From Trichodelitschia bisporula (taxonomy: Eukaryota): 64,000 nucleotides of DNA. The position numbers were made by a program, and so were the translations under genes. Below the pieces are notes generated by a model. The model did no database searches. It was not told the DNA's origin and saw only the letters and a list, made by a program, of their open reading frames with translations. Shown piece after piece: positions 58,387 to 64,000 of this stretch; the stretch's first letter is position 1, and every line of letters begins with the position of its first letter. The stretch is taken from NCBI GenBank assembly GCA_010356995.1, contig ML996688.1:620001-684000 (forward strand). The letters are read 5' to 3'.

Positions 58387-60998
58387 CTACAAATCCTTCA
58401 GCGCCGCCCGAACCATCTTCTTTTGTCCCTCCCCCAGCTGCCCTTCGGGCCAAACCACATGCACCTCAAGCACCAAATCGCCCCTCTCCTCCGGGCGGCG
58501 GTAATCGCACATCCCCAGTCCAGTACGGCGCTCGATCCAACCCGTCGGCGTGGGACCGGGGTGGCTGACCGTCACTGCCTTGCCGCATATGCTCGTCATG
58601 GTCAGGGACCAGCCACACAGGGCGTCGGCAAGTGGTACATCGAGCGTGCAGTGCAGGTCGAGGGAGTGGCGGGTGAAGGTGGGATGGGAACGCTTCAAGG
58701 GCCGTCAGCACACATTCTTCGACTACCACTAAACGTCCAGGGTCGACTTACCTCAACAACAACGAAATGCAAGTCCCGCTCCACGCCCCCAGGCCCAATA
58801 TCTCCCTCGCCCCGGAACTTAACCCGACTCCCCGGCTTCAACCCCTTATATATAGGTACCTCAACATCATGCTCCTCCTCAGTCCACCTCCGCCTCTTCT
58901 CCTCCCACACCTTGCGCCGAAACGTAACCCGCACCTTCGTGCCATAAAACAAATCCTCCAAACTAACCGGCAACTGCTTAATCATCGGCCCCGTCTCCTC
59001 GCCCTGCGCCAGCGGCGACGGCGAATCCGCCATTCTCCCCCTCGGGCTAAACGTACTCGACGCCGCCGCCGGACTCGTCACCGGCTGATTCCCCTGCGGC
59101 GGCGGCGGGAGCGACCCAACTGACGCCCCAACCCCCGCCGGCAGCGGCGGAACAGGCGGCACCCCCCCCCCCGGCGGCGGCGCATACCCCCCGCGGCCCG
59201 AGCTACTCCGCGTGCGCGCCGGGGTATCAAATAACGTGAAGTCGCCCGCGCCGATGAAATCGACATACTGCGTCCCCGCCGCCGCGGGCATGTCGTATAA
59301 CCCCCCTCCTCCGGCCGGCAGATCGTCGGGGTATGACAAAGACGCCATGCCGCCGCGCGGACTCAACGGCATGGCGCGGCCGCGCTCAAGCACAGTCGGC
59401 AAGCTTGCGCGGGGGTCGGGTCCGTATTTCGAGCTGCTGCCCTGCACGCCGGCGGCGGATGAGGAAGAGGCGGAGGATGAGCGGCCCCATTCTCCGCCTG
59501 CTGTGGGTTCCGGTGCGTCCCAGTAGTTCGACCCTTCTGGGTATGCGCCGGGAATGGGTGGGTAGTGCGCGCTGGGCGAGCGGTGCGCGGCTACGTTCGA
59601 GCGCTGCGAGCTGCGGCGGGAGAGGGCGTTTTCGGGCCCGGAGCGCGGGCTGTGGCGCGGGGTGGTCTGGGCGTAGCTGCTGGTTCGGGAGTGGTCGGTC
59701 CGGGAGTCACGGTCGCGGTCGCGGTCGTGCGGGTCTCGGTCCCTGTCGCGCGGCTCTCGGCCCCGGTCGCGCGCTTCTCGGTCCCTGTCGCGCGGCTCCC
59801 GGTCGCGTAGGTCTCGGTCGCGCGGTTCGCGATCCCGGTCACGTGGCTCCCGGTCCGGCCGCTCTAGCCCACTTGCCGTGCTTGCGCGCTTGCGCCGCCG
59901 CTGGTGGTCGTCGTGCGGGTAGTCATCTGCGTGGGTGGGGGTTCCACGGTCGATGCTGGCGTGGTGGGCGCGCGGGGGACGGCCTCGCGAGGAGCCGGCG
60001 GGGGAGCGGGAGGGGGAGGGGGCGGAGGGGGAAGGGGTTTGGCTGGGGTGGAGGCGCTCGTTTATCGAGCTGGTTGGGGATGGATTTTGGGGTTGGGGAG
60101 TGGACGGGAGGTCGGATTCGGAGATGAGGGTTGCGGAGCGGACGACGACGGTGGGAGGAGGGGGTTGGGGGCTGTTGGCGTTTTGGGTGGGGCGCTCGCG
60201 GATGGTGGCTGCGTCGCTGTCGCTCCGGATCAAGTGGTAGTGCGCTGGTTGTGGCGCATCCTCGTCAGTGTCGTCGTCACAGTCTTCGACCGTGGGCTGG
60301 AACGGGCTTGCCGGCACGGAGACAGACACACGCGGGCTGGCATTCTCACTGTTTGAATCGCGGGCGCTGGACGGCGCGCCGCTGGACGACGGACCTGCGG
60401 TCAGGGCTAGCTGGGCGGGGGGCTCGCGCGGCGAGAGCTTCTGCCAGTCTTCGCGGCCTTCGATTAGGTCGAGGAGGCGTGCGAAGGCGTCTTCGTGTGC
60501 GAGGATCCGATCTCGTGATGAGCGGAGGCGGGATCGGTCGGGGGTTGCGCTGGGCTGGATTAGAGCGTTGAAGTCCTGTAAGTCGGATCGCGTTAGGCGT
60601 GCGATCTGGCTGATGCGCGAGTTGATGTGCTCGGAATCTTGTCGGGACTTGTAGCTCGGGTGATAGATGAGGATTTCGAGATCGACTACCACGTCGCGCA
60701 GGCGATGTACTGGAAAGGTTATTATTGCACATTGGATTCAGGAGGAAGAGTAGAGCAAGTAACAGGCGCTGAGCATAGTACGGTCGACACGATAAATCAT
60801 ATAGAAGGCAGAGATAAGGATATATCACACACTGTTCGGGTAATAGGCCAAGCAGAAGACGAAACGAAACAAGACAAGATATCCGCACTAGAAGCGAATG
60901 CACTCACAGTCATTGTATGCTGGTGTCTTCTTTGGTAGCTGCTTCAATGTAGACGAAATGTAGCTCTTGAGCGAGCCCAAACTGTCGAGGGTCGACAT
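58387..60998 (-). CDS. DnaJ C-terminal (substrate-binding) domain protein lacking a J-domain (3 exons)
   Basis: Proposed start MSTLDSLGSLKSY (60998), intron ~60907-60710. C-terminal 'LPVSLEDLFYG...KGLKPGSRVKFRGEGD...DLHFVVVE/RSHPTFTR..DL...VPLADALCGW...GLGM...RGDL' matches Sis1-type CTDs; no HPD motif. Confidence 0.8.
59700..59862 (-). repeat. Coding 21-bp repeat encoding DREPRDR (RD/RE-rich tract)
   Basis: About 7 imperfect copies visible in the translation and the DNA. Confidence 0.8.
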
Positions 60999-61442
60999 TG
61001 CGCGCGCCGATTGAGAGAGCCGGAGCGTTTGATATTCAGGGGAGAAGAGTCATATGCGGGAGATGCAGCTGAGAGGGAAGCGAAGAGCAGACGGAACGCT
61101 CACACACACGCGCACACACACGGACAGATAGACGAAAAATGAAGCAGTAGAGTGTTGTGACAACGATGAATCACACACAAACCCCCAAAATCTATATATG
61201 GCGACTGGGAAAAGTCGAGAGGCGCCCGAAGATGATCAATCGATGCCTGACAGCCACTCGTCTGCGCCACATTTTCATCCCGCACCGGTCAGGGCGCCGG
61301 TGGCGGTGCGGAGGAGCTGCTTGTGGCTAGTTGTGGCTGGTTGGTGGATTGTGTCATCAAACTGCACCTCACCACCATCGTCGACGGTTGGTGGTAGTTG
61401 TTCACTAAACTATCTGCACTCCCTAAATCCACCCATTGAGCC

Positions 61443-63421
61443 ATGGATCTTGTTGCTGTACGTCTGTTGTGGCTTCTAGTCTTCTCCAATTGACCTCTCC
61501 TAGGCTGTCTCCGGCTACATCAGCCGCATGGTGTCGGTAGGTGACAGCACCTCCGGCACCGGTGCGAAGATGAAGATCCTCCTGTATGTCTTTGTGACAC
61601 CCTCTCCTCCGCAAGCATAGCTAATACTCTCAGTCTTGACCCCGACACTGTAGGTTTGTCACACTGGCCACCTGTCCCCACCCCCGCTCATCACCCAGGT
61701 GTCCATCGTCTCAAGCGCGACAACACAGAGCGCCCTGCTGAACCATGAAGTCTTTCTGACGGACCGGCTTGACAATGCCTCGCGGGAGAAGATGCGGCAC
61801 TTGCGTTGCCTGGTGTTCGTACGGCCATCACCAGACTCTGTTCAATTGCTCATCGACGAGTTGCGGGAGCCCAAGTATGGCGAGTACAGCATATGTGCGT
61901 CGCTCCATCAACACTAGGGAACGTCTTTTACTGACCTCTTCAGACTTCAGCAACATAATCCGCAAGTCCTCACTCGAGCGTCTTGCCGAGGCAGATGATC
62001 ACGAAGTCGTCCGCGCCGTACACGAATACTTCGCCGACTACCAAGTGATCAACGCCGACCTAATGTCGCTGGACCTGACCTACCCCCGTGCACGCGTCTG
62101 GGGCTCAAGCCCCGACCTGTGGAATGCAGAAGCGCTGCAGCGAGCCACCGAAGGCGTGATAGCACTGCTGCTATCGCTGAAAAAGAAGCCGCTGATCCGC
62201 TACGCGCGGAACAGTCTGCTCGCCAAAAAGCTCGCGTCCGAGGTCCGCTACCACATGACGCAAGACGAGCAACTGTTCGACTTCCGCCGCACGGACACGC
62301 CGCCGCTGCTGCTCATCCTCGACCGCCGCGACGACCCGATCACGCCCCTACTCACACAGTGGACATACCAGGCGATGGTGCACGAGCTGCTCGGCATCCG
62401 AAACGGACGGGTCGACCTAAGCGAAGTACCGGACGTGCGACCCGAGCTCAAAGAGATCGTGCTCCAACAAGACCAGGACCCTTTCTTCAAGAAGAACATG
62501 TACCTGAACTTCGGCGACCTAGGCCAAAACGCCAAAGACTACGTAGAGCAGTACGCAAGCAAGCGCCAGGGCAGCCTGCAAATGGACTCCATCGCCGACA
62601 TGAAGCGCTTCGTCGAGGAATACCCCGAGTTCCGCAAGTTATCCTCCAACGTCACGAAGCACATCACCCTCGTCGGCGAGCTGAGCCGCCGCGTCGGCGC
62701 CGACAGCCTGCTCGACGTCAGCGAGCTAGAGCAATCCCTATCCTGCACCGACAGCCACTCCGCCGACGTCAAGAGCCTGCAATCCCTCCTCACCTCCCCC
62801 TCCATCCCACCAGACAACAAACTCCGCCTCCTCGCCATCTACGCCCTGCGCTACGCTAAACACCCCGCCAACGCCACCCACGCCCTAACCTCGCTCCTCG
62901 AATCCACAACCCCGATTCCCGCCCACCGCCTCGCCCTCATCCCGGCTTTACTCACATATGCCGCCTCCCTACACACGACCCCTGCGGCGGCTGCGCCCGG
63001 CCCCCTGCCCGACCTCTTCCAGTCCTCCTCCCTGCTCAATCAGGCCCGCAGCCGCTTCACGCGCGGCCTCAAGGGCGTGGAGAACGTATACACTCAGCAC
63101 TCGCCGGCGCTTGAGACCCTCCTCGCCGACGCATTCAAGGGAAAGCTGCGCGACACCACGCACCCGTTCGTCGATGGATCCCCGCAGTCCCGCGACAAGC
63201 CGCAGGATGTACTTGTGTTTATTGTCGGGGGGGCGACGTATGAGGAGGCGCGTGTTGTGGCGGGGATTAATGCCTCCACGCCGGGGGTTAGGGTTGTCCT
63301 TGGTGGAACCGGAGTGCATAATTCGGCGAGCTTTTTGGAGGAGGTTCGCGGGGCTGTTGAGGGGTGGCCGGCTGCCAGGGGGGACCCGGGGGAGAGACTG
63401 AGGAGGGAGGTTGGAAGGTAG
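61443..63421 (+). CDS. VPS45: Sec1/Munc18-family vacuolar sorting protein Vps45 (5 exons, including a 16-nt micro-exon)
   Basis: 'KMKILLLD..TVSIVS...TQSALLNHEV', 'MRHLRCLVFVRP', 'LERLAEADDHEVV', 'LLILDRRDDPITPLLTQWTYQAMVHEL', 'LKGVENVYTQH', 'VGGATYEE'. Confidence 0.97.
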
Positions 63422-64000
63422 TGTGGGTTAGGTTGGGCACGGGCGTTGGGGCGCGTGGGTAGGTCTTTGTAGCGTGGGAGGAGTAATCCGGAGTTGACGT
63501 GTCCCTTATCCGGGTGCTGGCTGGTCCAGGGACTGTCGTGATGCCGTTTGGCGTGGAAAATATGATTTGAGGACTCAAAGCCCGTGCGAGAGCAGCGTGA
63601 GTGTCGCCACATGGCAAATATCACAACGGCCAGCACGGCTTTAGCTAGCAGGGCAGTTTTGTACATTCTCAAATTATCCGTGTTTGCGCAGCAGTGCCAA
63701 GTGACTAACGTGCACGCCGCTCTTCTCAACCACCCGCCCTACACCTTATGTTGCACACAAACCAGCAAGCGCCGTAGCCCCGCAAAATCGAAAGAAGTTC
63801 AAATGACGCGCTCAAACGCCGTCCCATGCCATGAATCTCTCGCCTCCTCCCCTCCCCTCCCCTGCCTCCTCACCCCTAACCCACCCACAATCCCCTCGCA
63901 AAGCACTCTAATCCTCCCCTCCCAACCCACAAAACCCTGTCCCCAACCAATAATCCACACAAGCCCAAAACCACCAATACCACCCCGCAGCCACCCAGTC

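Noticed and set aside
63870..63885. CCCTAACCC telomere-like word
   Set aside because: Single copy in a C-rich tract, not an array.

Overview
Gene-dense eukaryotic DNA from a filamentous ascomycete (short GT-AG introns with CTRAC/CTAAC branch points). The H2A.Z sequence '[17 protein letters not shown]' tentatively suggests a Dothideomycete. About 23 protein-coding genes can be reconstructed, mostly housekeeping: H2A.Z, a GT8 glycosyltransferase, PEX3, ATG101, ARG7, RPN11, an AidB-like acyl-CoA dehydrogenase, a MARVEL protein, an M28 glutamate carboxypeptidase, signal peptide peptidase, a histidine acid phosphatase, SEN1, a DOMON/cytochrome b561 protein, REC8, UBP6, ARPC4, VPS45 and several hypotheticals. 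I found no tRNA, rRNA, CRISPR array or intact transposon. The most interesting signals are: (i) a divergent SAD-7-like RRM gene (meiotic silencing) beside ARPC4/UBP6 and near a REC8 that needs a GC-AG intron; (ii) a DnaJ C-terminal-domain protein lacking a J-domain; (iii) a GT8 with substituted catalytic motifs; (iv) a 48-aa Cys/His microprotein and an 84-aa secreted peptide in a gene-poor stretch; (v) a dense TACCGTA/TACGGTA cluster plus an 8-bp minisatellite in the PEX3/ATG101 divergent promoter; (vi) a ~70-bp imperfect inverted repeat; (vii) tandemly duplicated Kozak/ATG starts. Family assignments come from motif recognition by eye, not database searches.
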